Shown here: one piece after another, positions 55,901 through 64,000 of the stretch
How the letters are laid out: every line of letters begins with the position of its first letter
Numbering within the stretch: position 1 is the stretch's first letter
Translations under genes and position numbers: made by a program
Notes under the pieces: generated by a model
Database searches by the model: none
What the model was told of the DNA's origin: nothing
What the model saw: only the letters and a program-made list of their open reading frames with translations
DNA from: Clostridia bacterium
GTDB lineage: Bacteria; Bacillota; Clostridia; Christensenellales; UBA1242
Reading direction: 5' to 3'
DNA: 64,000 nt
NCBI GenBank assembly: GCA_009929275.1
Contig: SAAW01000002.1
Coordinates: forward strand, 3,171-67,170

Positions 55901-58900
55901 CGTGCCCGATTTCATATAACCCACAACTCCGCCAACATACTTGGCACCTGATAAGATAACCTTTGAAACAAAAGAACTTAATAAATAGCCACCCTCCATG
56001 TATCCCACTAAGCCACCAAGAGCAAGGGCATTATTTTCCACTGTTTTATTTGTTACTTTTGAGCCACTGACAAGTGTGGAATAATCTAATTCTGTTAATT
56101 CTTCTGGATAGACAGAAACATTAGAGATAGTTCCGTCCGCTCCAAGTTTACCAACAACTCCACCAACAATGTTTCCTTTTTGACCACTGACGCTATGGTT
56201 AACACTCACTCCTGTGAGAGTGCCTGATTTCAAATAACCCACGACACCACCAACAGCCACCGCTTCTTCGAAATTGTCATCAATTAAAATTATTGGACTT
56301 AATAAAGTAGTTGTTCCATTGACTTCAAGTGTAGAATTTGTTGCCGTTTTTACTGCAATTCCATTAACCATTTTAGACATATCCAGAGTTTTTGCCTTGC
56401 CTAAGTCAACCATACCAAACCAACCACCCACAGCAATTTCTCCACCAGAAACTATGCAAGCAATCTCCACATAATAGTCATCTGGCAAATCATTTTCCAC
56501 CAGTCCAATAGACCCTCCCACATAAGCAGGATAGAAAGATTGAAATAAAGAAGTGGTGCTTGAACTTGCTCCAAAGTGAACATTATCGGCAACATGGACA
56601 TAATAAGTTGTGTTTGTATCTGGGTTACCAATTAAGCCACCAATCTTGGCTTGTGAACTGACTTTGCCTGCAATTCCACCAGCAAAACTTTCATTTTCAT
56701 CTCCGCTTTCTTTGAATCCATAAATTGTTACTTTAAATAACCTCGTAATAAAATTACTGTTTCGACTGCCGACATAGCAAGTGCCTGAAATTATTCCACT
56801 ATCAAGCATCTCACCCACAAGACCACCCACAAATTGCGAACCTGCTATTGACATTTCTTTAAGTAATTCACCCCAAATAAAATCTTCACCTGTGAGCATT
56901 GCAAGAGGGCTCAAAGTTGTTTTGCAGAAATACATACAAGTGTCACCAGTTGCATATCCCACAATTCCACCCGATCTCCTTGCCCCAGAAATATTGCCGG
57001 AACTAATGATATATGGACAAAGCTTTGTGTTATTTTGACTTATTTCACTTGCCAAAATTGCATCAGAAGCAAATTTTCCAGCACTCCCTACAACTTGAAT
57101 TAAGTGAGGGGAATATAAATTTTCAACTTCTTTGGTGTTCAAATTTGCTCCAACTGAATAGCCGATGATTCCACCAGCATTTCCGTCTGCACTGACAGCG
57201 CCATAGTTCGCCACCCAACCACGAATGAAACCATTTGAGATGAAAGCACCGCTAATATAGTCTCCCACACTGAGTTCACTGCCAGAATATATATAAGTTG
57301 ATTCCTCTGCATATCCAACAATTCCGCCAGCACTTTCTCTGCCAAGGACAGAGGTGAAGTTGAATGCAAACGAGATTATTAATTCTGGGTCGCCAGAATC
57401 ACTTGCTTTAAAACAAGCCCCAACTAAACCACCAGCAGTTCCAGCAGATGCAATTCTTCCAGATGCGATAGAAAAGAGGCTTTGTGCTGTGACAGTGCTT
57501 GAAGTAAGTGTCGCAGCGTAGCTTATCACTGCGTTAAGAGTCAGTGTGCTAGATGTCTTAACTATTCCAATAATTCCACCACAAGCACCTTGTCCAATAG
57601 ATTCAACAAAATCCTTTTCATCTATCACAAAGTTCTCACTTTTCATTAATGCTTCCGTGTCTGGATAGCAAAGTCCATCATCTGCTGTCCATTTATATTT
57701 AGGCACAATTATTTTTGATAAATACTCATTTATTTCATAACCTGCTGTTCTAAAGTCAAGAGAGCTTAGAGCAAAGGTAAACAAATTGTTCATATTTGTG
57801 GAAAAACATTTCAAAAAGTCTGTTGATAAACCAACAACTTGCTGACCATCAATTTCAATTGCAATGCTCCATTTCCCTATGAATTTATCAACCGTATTTC
57901 TAACCCAATTCCCCAAATTACTCAGCCAATCAACTCCTTCTGAAATATCTGCCCCAGCAGATTCTGCAACTTTGTTTGCTGCAAGAAGCATACCTACCCC
58001 AGAAACTGCCGAGCCCAAATTAATGACTCCTGCAAGTTCAGGTTCTCCAATAACAATGACGCCTCTTTTGATTGAATTCATATTTTCAAAATAACCAATA
58101 ATTCCACCAGAAGCATAACCAAGAATAACCCCCGTAATAGAATTAATTATAATTCCGTTGTTGCTTTCCAAAAGTAAACTTGCAAGGTCTCCTCCGTTAG
58201 TTAACATCTTGCTAAACACGCCAACAAGTTCTGAGATAAGGCTACTATTTTCAAGGCTAATTTCAGTGCTAATTGCACCTCCTCGCATCAAACCAACAAT
58301 GCCTCCTGCAATACCCGAAAGAGCAAACACAGCACTTTTATTTATCATAATTTCAGTCGATTTAAGAATCCCGCCCGCCATGACGCCAATCATTCCTCCC
58401 GCCACACGAGATGCCATCATAAGCCCCACATTTGTGTTGCAATCTTGAACCAAACCATTTTGAAGATATCCCACAACTCCACCTAAAATGTATGGAGTGC
58501 TAAGGAATGTTTCCGCTCCAGAAAACATATTAACTATGTCAGTCGCCATAGCGTCTTCATCTCCTGTCATAAATTCTTCAATTTTCTCAGTTAAAGTTGT
58601 CTTAACACCACCACTTATTATAGATATTGCAGACCAACTGCCTGTTTCACAGTTAATGATTGTTGAGAAGTTTGAATATCCCACAATACCACCAGCAAAT
58701 GAATTGAGTGGATATCCAAGATATGAAGCAGATGATTCGCACTGACTTATTAAAATATGGTCGTTATTTGTTGCATCAGCACTAAGCCCCACAATGCCCC
58801 CGACAAATGTTGATAAAATGCAACCGATTACTTCTGCCTCTGTAACACACTTATCAATTTTGACAATTGAACCACTCACACTTGAAGAAATTGAACTATA

Positions 58901-61900
58901 AACATATCCAACAATTCCGCCTGCTTTTGATTCTTTGAGTGAAATATAGAAATCTGCTTTAAGGAGCATATCAAGGACTACGGACGTTTCTTTAGTATAG
59001 CTTTGTGCATTTGTTGCGTATAAAGAAGAATTTATATCCATATCTGCAGAGATATCAAATGTAGATAATGCTTTAACATCTCCCGTGTTCTTAACATTAA
59101 TTATATTAGCCTTTTTTGAGCCATCAGTTTGAGTGACAATCACTTCGCCAACAATTCCGCCAGCAGAACTATTTGCTTCAATAGTTGCATTGTTGAAAAT
59201 TGTATATTCACCTTCAGTTGTGCTTGACCCATCAAGAGTGCCATAATGCATCTTTCCGACGATCCCGCCAGTCACACTGTATCCATAAGAACTGAAAGTC
59301 CCACCCATTGATGAAGAAGTATAACCTCCTGTCTGACCATTGCTTGACAAATCAGAATAATTTTTAGTAACTGTCAAATCAGTTGGATAATATGTCAAAG
59401 TGCCAGAAAGCCAATTTTTATTTTTCCAATAAGAATTCCAAAGGTCGCTAAAAGTGGAAATTCCTTCTTCCCAACTATCTATTAAACCAGGTGTAATCCA
59501 AGAAAACTGATCCAAATTAAAATATATGCTGGAAACAAATTTTGAATTTTGACTTTCCACTAAGTTCCCTGCGCTATCAAGATAATAACCAGTGTTACAA
59601 TTCGTTAATGTGCCTCCACGCATACGCCCAACAATTCCCCCGACAATACTATCCTTCACCGATCTAACGGTTGCTCGTCCTACTGAATAGCAATTGTTTA
59701 TTATTGCAGTGTTGTTTGAGGATTGATATATATCTGAGACAATTCCGCCAAAAAGCACTGTATGATAGCCTCCAAGATATTTAACCGTAACTTCAAACGA
59801 AGCATTTTGACCATATGAACAATTTTCAATAAGACCGGACTTAAATCTGCCCGAGATTCCACCGATATATATTTCGTTTGCAACCAAATTCCTCATTGAT
59901 TTATTTTCAGAAACAGTCAATTTTGTAATTGTTGCAATCCCAAATTCATTTTTGGAGACATAAGCCTGAGAAACATTAATCTCGTCGACAGCATCGTAAA
60001 CGCAGTTTGTGATTTTACCGCCATCATTATAGCCCACAATTCCACCAACTGTGTAGAAGCCAAAAAGCCCAACTGAAGAAGTCTCTGAAGTGGATTCCAC
60101 AGTGATATATGACAATTCACCTGCGATTTTAACATATGTGGAAAGAAGCCCCACCACACCACCAATATTTGAACTGGAGACAGGTCTGGTAATATCTTCG
60201 TCATCTTCATCTGTCAAAACACCATTGTCAAGGCAGGAATAAACAGAAATGCCTTGAACCTTAAATGGTGCAGATTCAGTTCCATAAATTTTGCCACCAA
60301 CCATCACCCCGACAAGTCCGCCAGCATAACTCTCATATGTATATAATGTGTCATTAACCATGACAAAGAGTCCCATAAATTCTGCTCCAATATATGATGT
60401 TTCACCACCACTCACAACAGCAGTTGTGGAAATCTCTCCACCTTCCATATATCCAATCAAACCGCCAGCAAACGCAATGTCACTCCCAGTCACACTTCTC
60501 GTAATTGAACTAATGTTTAAACTTGAAAAATTGATAACAACCGATGAAATTCTATCATCAAAAAGCCCAGTTTCAGTGAACAATCCCGTTTGAACTATAT
60601 TTGACAAGTCGCCATTATAGACATAACTGTCCCCACCAATTGAACTTATGGTTGAATCTACATCAATTCCACTCAAAATACCATTGCCCATATATCCAGC
60701 AACAAGCCCAGTTTGAGCATAGCACGAAGTGAAAGTAATGTCGTGAACAATGGTGTTTCTTGTGTCTGTTCCTGAGTTCACATTTGCAATGTTTGGCAAT
60801 GCTCTTAAAAGCCCATTTGAAGAATACATATTATAGACAATTTTTTCGTTTCCGTCTAAGTCTCCAACGAAATAAGCGCTTTTCTCATCAAGATGTTTAG
60901 ACCAATACATATCTCCAGAATATTTCTCAAAATTGATGTTCTTTGTGAAAATATAGTATTTATATTCAGGAGATGTTTTTAAGTAATTGATAAGCATAAA
61001 CATTTCAAGCATTCCAGAATGTTTAATCATATATGGCATATCTGTGAAAGTGTTTGTTTTTTTGTTCACGTTTGTGCTATCTGCAAGTCCGTTGCCGGTG
61101 TATATCATATCAAAATAGTCGTCAAGTTCGCTTGTAAGGATAACATTTTTATAATTCTTTGTCACATAAGCATAGTTAAACCAAGTTGAATCAATCTTCA
61201 AAGTCTCATTCGAAGAATATTTCTCGCTCTTTTTGAAAAGCAAAATAAGTTCGGAATCACTTGAAGTTGTTGAAGATGAATTATTTTCATTTGGAATTAT
61301 CCAATGTGTTGAGAACAATGAATTTACATTGACATAACTTGAGTCTGCTGTTTCACCCGACAAAGAATAGGAATAGACATAGAAGCCTTTGCTTTGAATA
61401 CAGTTAATATTTTCGTTTGTCAAAAGCAAGAGATTTGCATTCACACCTTCTTGATTAATTTGAGTCTTCCCATCTGTATCTAAGAAAATGAACGAATTTG
61501 GCAAATAGTCATAATATGTTCTATAAATATTCTCGCTTGTGTCATTCTTTTCCAAATAGGCAATTGGAGCAACTTTTTGATTTTCAGCATTGACATCTGC
61601 CATTGTGTAGCAGTTTGAAATCGTGCCATATTTGCTGTTGATTGTAAAACCAGAGAAATAACTTCCTATGTTTGCGCCTTGTGCGCTGTTAACTTCGCCT
61701 GTGAAATATGTGTTATAGATATTCCCCAATTTATTTGCATTATCTTTGCCGTTGTTAAGAACAATTCCTGCGCCAGAAGAAGCAGTTATGCTTGCAATGC
61801 TAAAGCATGTGCTTATCACACCATAATTTGTGTGAATAAGTCCTGTGCGTCCACCATTATTTTCCCCAACTAGCCCAGTGATTGTGCCAGAAGTTCCGCA

Positions 61901-64000
61901 TGAGAACACAAATCCATAGTTATCTTTTGCAATTGGCGCATATGCAGAAAGTCCAGTTGCGTTGCTTGAATTTAATGTTGAAAAGACAGCGCACACAACA
62001 GAATTTTCAGTGATTGTCATAAAGAGTGGGACATTTGTTCCAACAGCAGAATAACCTTGTCCGTTGAACACCCAACCAGTTGCAGTTGTTGTTATGGAAG
62101 AACTAAGAGTGATGTCACCTTTCAAAATGTAGTATGTGTCATTTGCTAAGACTGTGCTTGCCACAAAAGTGATAGGGCTAATCTTGCTTCCTAAAATGTA
62201 ATTTGAACTATTTGTAATGTCTGTTATCACTCCATTTCCTGTGAAATAGGAAGTGTGAAGTTTAGAGAAATATTCACTATTATAAATGCTTTCAAAGCCA
62301 TCAGATTTAATCATAATATCCTTATAAATGCTTTGAAAAACCGTCATAAGTTCACTTTGGGCAACGCCTGTAAATTCGTCATTCACATAGGTGTCACAGT
62401 TCACAAGTGAAATATTCTCGTTATAATAGGTCTTTTTGCTGTTTTTGTGAGAAACAAGTGTGTCTGTTGAAATTGAATTGTTGACATTTTCTCTGCCAAC
62501 GACAGAACCGATGTTAAGGTTAAGTTTTTGTGCGATTGCATAATCTCTTATAGTTGAAGCAACCAGCGTTGAGCCGTCGTTTTCGCCACAAACGTATTTT
62601 GAATACATTCCCACAAGACCACCAATATAATAATAGTAGTCTTCGTCTGTGTCACTATCTGTGTAGAAATAACTCCCACTCTTTGAGCCATTGCCACGAT
62701 TGAGTGTCAAGTCGCCAAGAACAATGACATTTGACACAGAGATTGTCTCTGCTTTCCCCACTGCACCGCCGACAAACATTGATTTTTCTTGGTCACACAC
62801 GATATCCATTGTCGTGAGAACTTTGTTAAGAGTAATCGTCGAAGCGTTACTCCCAATCAATCCGCCTGTTATTCCACCCACAGCAAGATTACTTGTTACA
62901 TATGTTCCATTTGTTTTAACTCTTGAAACGTTCAAGCAGTCTGCGTCGTTTATGACATTCACAAAACTGCAACTCTTTGTCAAAACAGCCACAATTCCAC
63001 CCACATAGAGAGATTCGCAAAAATTTGCCTGAACATTAATGCTCATATTCGTGTAAACATTGCTAAGTTCGTTTGCCAAATTTTCACCCAGCACACCACC
63101 AACATAGCAAGATGAATCACTTTCGCCAACATAAACATTCAAAGTTTCACTTAAAGCATTCAAAGAAGATTGTTTTATCGTCAAATTGACAATATTATAT
63201 CTGTTTTGTCCCACGACGCCAGCCACAACTGACTTCCCTTGAACATATACATTCATAACAAGGTCTTCAATCTCCATTTCTTCGATGATTCCAGTCACTC
63301 TTGTTCCACTGTCCATAGTCACAAATTCACCTGCTGCTCCCACCATTCCACCAATGAACAATCCGCCAGAGCCAGTGTTTGTTGTTAAAATATTTCTTGA
63401 AGATGAGCCAATGTTAACTGTCACATTTTCAGCAAAGATAGATTCCATAGAGCCTTGCATTCTGCCCACAGCACCGCCAGCATAGAAAATGTCGGCATCT
63501 CCATTAAAAAGATTAATCGCGTAATCACAAGTTATTGAAATGTCGGAAGATGTGAACATTTTTTTCATATTTCCAATACAATTCCCAACAAAAGCACCCA
63601 CATATTTTGTTTTATAGGCATTTATGGAAGAATATATAACCGAAACATTAAGGGTTGTGGAGCAATTTGAAATGTTTAAAATTGAGGAGTCGCTTGCAGA
63701 GACAAACTGACCCACGCAAGATGCATTTGTCAACATTCCTGTTAAATTCTGTCTGTTTTCAATTGAAGTGTATTCACCTGCCAAAACAACAATATCCACC
63801 AAATCAATTCTATTGTCCTCTGTGATAAGATTGTCTGTCGAATATGAGAGGCTATATGTGTATGTCAACACTGAAGAAACCATCGCTTCTGATGTGAAAG
63901 TAAAGAAATATTTTAAGTGAAGATCTCTTGCCGAAGTCGAAACAGACACTTCACTTAATGGATTAAGTGTTGAAAGTTGCAAGAAAGCAGTGCTGTAATC
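52931..64000 (-). CDS. Second giant GLUG-repeat protein; the 5' end lies beyond the window (at least 3,689 codons visible)
   Basis: The frame stays open from the track start (TTG 63982) through the last 18 nt to the window edge (DYSTAF-LQLSTLN). No signal peptide is visible, consistent with an internal position. GLUG-type repeats run almost throughout, followed by a ~315-aa non-repeat C-terminus. Confidence 0.9.
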   Translation of the reverse strand, partial: DYSTAFLQLSTLNPLSEVSVSTSARDLHLKYFFTFTSEAMVSSVLTYTYSLSYSTDNLITEDNRIDLVDIVVLAGEYTSIENRQNLTGMLTNASCVGQFVSASDSSILNISNCSTTLNVSVIYSSINAYKTKYVGAFVGNCIGNMKKMFTSSDISITCDYAINLFNGDADIFYAGGAVGRMQGSMESIFAENVTVNIGSSSRNILTTNTGSGGLFIGGMVGAAGEFVTMDSGTRVTGIIEEMEIEDLVMNVYVQGKSVVAGVVGQNRYNIVNLTIKQSSLNALSETLNVYVGESDSSCYVGGVLGENLANELSNVYTNMSINVQANFCESLYVGGIVAVLTKSCSFVNVINDADCLNVSRVKTNGTYVTSNLAVGGITGGLIGSNASTITLNKVLTTMDIVCDQEKSMFVGGAVGKAETISVSNVIVLGDLTLNRGNGSKSGSYFYTDSDTDEDYYYYIGGLVGMYSKYVCGENDGSTLVASTIRDYAIAQKLNLNIGSVVGRENVNNSISTDTLVSHKNSKKTYYNENISLVNCDTYVNDEFTGVAQSELMTVFQSIYKDIMIKSDGFESIYNSEYFSKLHTSYFTGNGVITDITNSSNYILGSKISPITFVASTVLANDTYYILKGDITLSSSITTTATGWVFNGQGYSAVGTNVPLFMTITENSVVCAVFSTLNSSNATGLSAYAPIAKDNYGFVFSCGTSGTITGLVGENNGGRTGLIHTNYGVISTCFSIASITASSGAGIVLNNGKDNANKLGNIYNTYFTGEVNSAQGANIGSYFSGFTINSKYGTISNCYTMADVNAENQKVAPIAYLEKNDTSENIYRTYYDYLPNSFIFLDTDGKTQINQEGVNANLLLLTNENINCIQSKGFYVYSYSLSGETADSSYVNVNSLFSTHWIIPNENNSSSTTSSDSELILLFKKSEKYSSNETLKIDSTWFNYAYVTKNYKNVILTSELDDYFDMIYTGNGLADSTNVNKKTNTFTDMPYMIKHSGMLEMFMLINYLKTSPEYKYYIFTKNINFEKYSGDMYWSKHLDEKSAYFVGDLDGNEKIVYNMYSSNGLLRALPNIANVNSGTDTRNTIVHDITFTSCYAQTGLVAGYMGNGILSGIDVDSTISSIGGDSYVYNGDLSNIVQTGLFTETGLFDDRISSVVINFSSLNISSITRSVTGSDIAFAGGLIGYMEGGEISTTAVVSGGETSYIGAEFMGLFVMVNDTLYTYESYAGGLVGVMVGGKIYGTESAPFKVQGISVYSCLDNGVLTDEDDEDITRPVSSSNIGGVVGLLSTYVKIAGELSYITVESTSETSSVGLFGFYTVGGIVGYNDGGKITNCVYDAVDEINVSQAYVSKNEFGIATITKLTVSENKSMRNLVANEIYIGGISGRFKSGLIENCSYGQNASFEVTVKYLGGYHTVLFGGIVSDIYQSSNNTAIINNCYSVGRATVRSVKDSIVGGIVGRMRGGTLTNCNTGYYLDSAGNLVESQNSKFVSSIYFNLDQFSWITPGLIDSWEEGISTFSDLWNSYWKNKNWLSGTLTYYPTDLTVTKNYSDLSSNGQTGGYTSSSMGGTFSSYGYSVTGGIVGKMHYGTLDGSSTTEGEYTIFNNATIEANSSAGGIVGEVIVTQTDGSKKANIINVKNTGDVKALSTFDISADMDINSSLYATNAQSYTKETSVVLDMLLKADFYISLKESKAGGIVGYVYSSISSSVSGSIVKIDKCVTEAEVIGCILSTFVGGIVGLSADATNNDHILISQCESSASYLGYPLNSFAGGIVGYSNFSTIINCETGSWSAISIISGGVKTTLTEKIEEFMTGDEDAMATDIVNMFSGAETFLSTPYILGGVVGYLQNGLVQDCNTNVGLMMASRVAGGMIGVMAGGILKSTEIMINKSAVFALSGIAGGIVGLMRGGAISTEISLENSSLISELVGVFSKMLTNGGDLASLLLESNNGIIINSITGVILGYASGGIIGYFENMNSIKRGVIVIGEPELAGVINLGSAVSGVGMLLAANKVAESAGADISEGVDWLSNLGNWVRNTVDKFIGKWSIAIEIDGQQVVGLSTDFLKCFSTNMNNLFTFALSSLDFRTAGYEINEYLSKIIVPKYKWTADDGLCYPDTEALMKSENFVIDEKDFVESIGQGACGGIIGIVKTSSTLTLNAVISYAATLTSSTVTAQSLFSIASGRIASAGTAGGLVGACFKASDSGDPELIISFAFNFTSVLGRESAGGIVGYAEESTYIYSGSELSVGDYISGAFISNGFIRGWVANYGAVSADGNAGGIIGYSVGANLNTKEVENLYSPHLIQVVGSAGKFASDAILASEISQNNTKLCPYIISSGNISGARRSGGIVGYATGDTCMYFCKTTLSPLAMLTGEDFIWGELLKEMSIAGSQFVGGLVGEMLDSGIISGTCYVGSRNSNFITRLFKVTIYGFKESGDENESFAGGIAGKVSSQAKIGGLIGNPDTNTTYYVHVADNVHFGASSSTTSLFQSFYPAYVGGSIGLVENDLPDDYYVEIACIVSGGEIAVGGWFGMVDLGKAKTLDMSKMVNGIAVKTATNSTLEVNGTTTLLSPIILIDDNFEEAVAVGGVVGYLKSGTLTGVSVNHSVSGQKGNIVGGVVGKLGADGTISNVSVYPEELTELDYSTLVSGSKVTNKTVENNALALGGLVGYMEGGYLLSSFVSKVILSGAKYVGGVVGYMKSGTIGSNSVVVEGGEVGTATYGGGVVGYLEGTDCIFERVISKGVNVTEQAKAVITEGADYAGGFVGYMNGGVFDFNLTESSGMYFFYNDLKTVYGKYIAGGFVGEMANGSIQSGSLTDINIITGTESNDNNIIALGGLVGKMTGGTIDGGTAPTTLSGNNIGGIVGWMTSRETTDSDGGNITTTGTINGGTVGVVIATGDNSYAGGYVGRMDAGTINSVSKSDDSRVANNINSKNVSLGGVVGIMTGGTINSAVEPVSVIASGSLDSVYGGGVVGELAVKAENTNDNRVVFDFQIAELQTNVSGVYYGGALIGKASDGKISSVAKEGSVVTATYAGGIIGYAGGAENYSVIINVDEIKNVTLNGKTAVGGAIGYADEAQVVLNKSIISVNGTFTATDSTGYVGGLVGMSVVTRIGPVGYEKEDTNTPTTTIDLVKFSATIDLKNVVLSTNGRTVIGGIIGEMQGGSAFALKLGESISANLTVDGDGILAFGGIVGNNAPWGTGQEEKFGIIYCCENQYEILLGLGLDSDSYLGGICGMNGGYIYNSINSASITSDFANIGGIVGANTGSIEYCANTSEGSIIATNKSFVGGIVGVSADEGKVTTNCSNFANLSLGEGSSNSIVDSSLWEDNSSSKIVCAETGDETTYNASSNFSSAYSGAVGGIAGKITDTSYVSGANQGQIFGYYYYGFKETATSVNFGGGDIEEINTYEIVDRRGNIVGWNANSVESGAKANNEVIQFGTLGAWTTDTVTGVKVFSWADRQGYITNEGKEAQVGYVIEVVVTSYTSQEYVEDGVTKYRYPEFGFSKIYNLMTISDDNDDKSWENLMLAYNAIDKSTYDSIINGINSLNLSSSNGTELYLQSMGTVYSSKISSLEVKGLSVGSSSSVNYTPEAGDDVKKVETKFNAYKVISTYYDGKYSTLAFHDCGGDISFARDVYKKENYVTDLSSKSMALEKLYELDNVATSEDVLEPEWTKASVPQGVLFLYNVYSI
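53880..63620 (-). repeat. GLUG-repeat arrays of the partial giant ORF, with interruptions
   Basis: Scores of units such as VGGIVGY..G.I.NC, AGGFVGEMANGSI, LGGLVGKMTGGTI and IGGIVGWMTS. Cap-like motifs lie near nt ~62,100 (YYILKGDITLSS...WVFNGQGYS) and ~60,900 (YKYYIFTKNINFEKYSGDMYWS...FVGDLDGNEKIVYNM). Confidence 0.6.

Noticed and set aside
54405-63485. Many 60-119-aa plus-strand ORFs inside the partial giant gene with proline-rich, PTxPP-like repeats (for example 55218..55577, 58158..58448, 62691..63008).
   Set aside because: They are the antisense reading of GGxxGG codon repeats (GGT GGA read backwards gives TCC ACC, i.e. Pro/Thr). They have no SD or promoter context and are fully nested in a much longer, motif-rich opposite-strand ORF.
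35899-64000. I asked whether the strong ~60-75-nt periodicity could be a CRISPR array, a satellite, or a DGR variable region.
   Set aside because: The periodicity exists only at the protein-motif level, with divergent codons in a single intact reading frame. There are no identical DNA repeats with unique spacers, and no cas genes, reverse transcriptase or template repeat in the window.
1-64000. An alternative genetic code (UGA read as Trp, Mollicutes-like), considered because of the very low GC content; also checked for tRNA or rRNA genes, transposases, integrases and prophage blocks.
   Set aside because: TGA terminates uvrC, spmA, the HicB-like gene and the 5,620-aa ORF exactly where family lengths or terminators predict. 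Intergenic regions are short, AT-rich and lack cloverleaf-capable GC segments. No ORF shows transposase, integrase or phage signatures by eye.

Overview
This is a 64-kb, visibly AT-rich bacterial window with a Bacillota (Firmicutes)-type housekeeping gene set. The genetic code is standard: TGA ends uvrC, spmA, the HicB-like gene and the 5,620-aa ORF at sensible positions. I call 32 protein-coding genes, 28 of them on the minus strand and tightly packed. In coordinate order, the left ~35 kb holds a partial lipoprotein, an unknown acidic protein, rsmA, tatD, spmA-spmB, an N6-adenine-type methyltransferase, ricT (PSP1), holB, greA, a small unknown, cysS, pfkA, dnaE, whiA, murB, a membrane-anchored solute-binding-like protein and uvrC. 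It continues with an ArsR/SmtB repressor facing a divergent 59-codon Cys-rich peptide ORF (below the ORF-track cut-off), then trpS, an AI-2E permease, tuf, fusA, rpsG, rpsL, two orphan small genes (one HicB-like), rpoC and rpoB. The right ~28 kb (about 44% of the window) is the standout. It holds two tandem giant minus-strand ORFs: a complete 5,620-aa lipoprotein, and an ORF of at least 3,689 codons that runs off the window edge. Both are built from long arrays of GLUG-type glycine repeats, interspersed in the complete ORF with Ig-like stretches. They sit directly upstream of rpoB, where rplKAJL normally lies. I recognised no rRNA, tRNA, CRISPR array, transposase, integrase or phage genes. All calls come from by-eye motif reading plus the supplied ORF track. 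No searches or computations were run, so domain names are hypotheses and sub-domain boundaries are approximate (about +/-100 nt).
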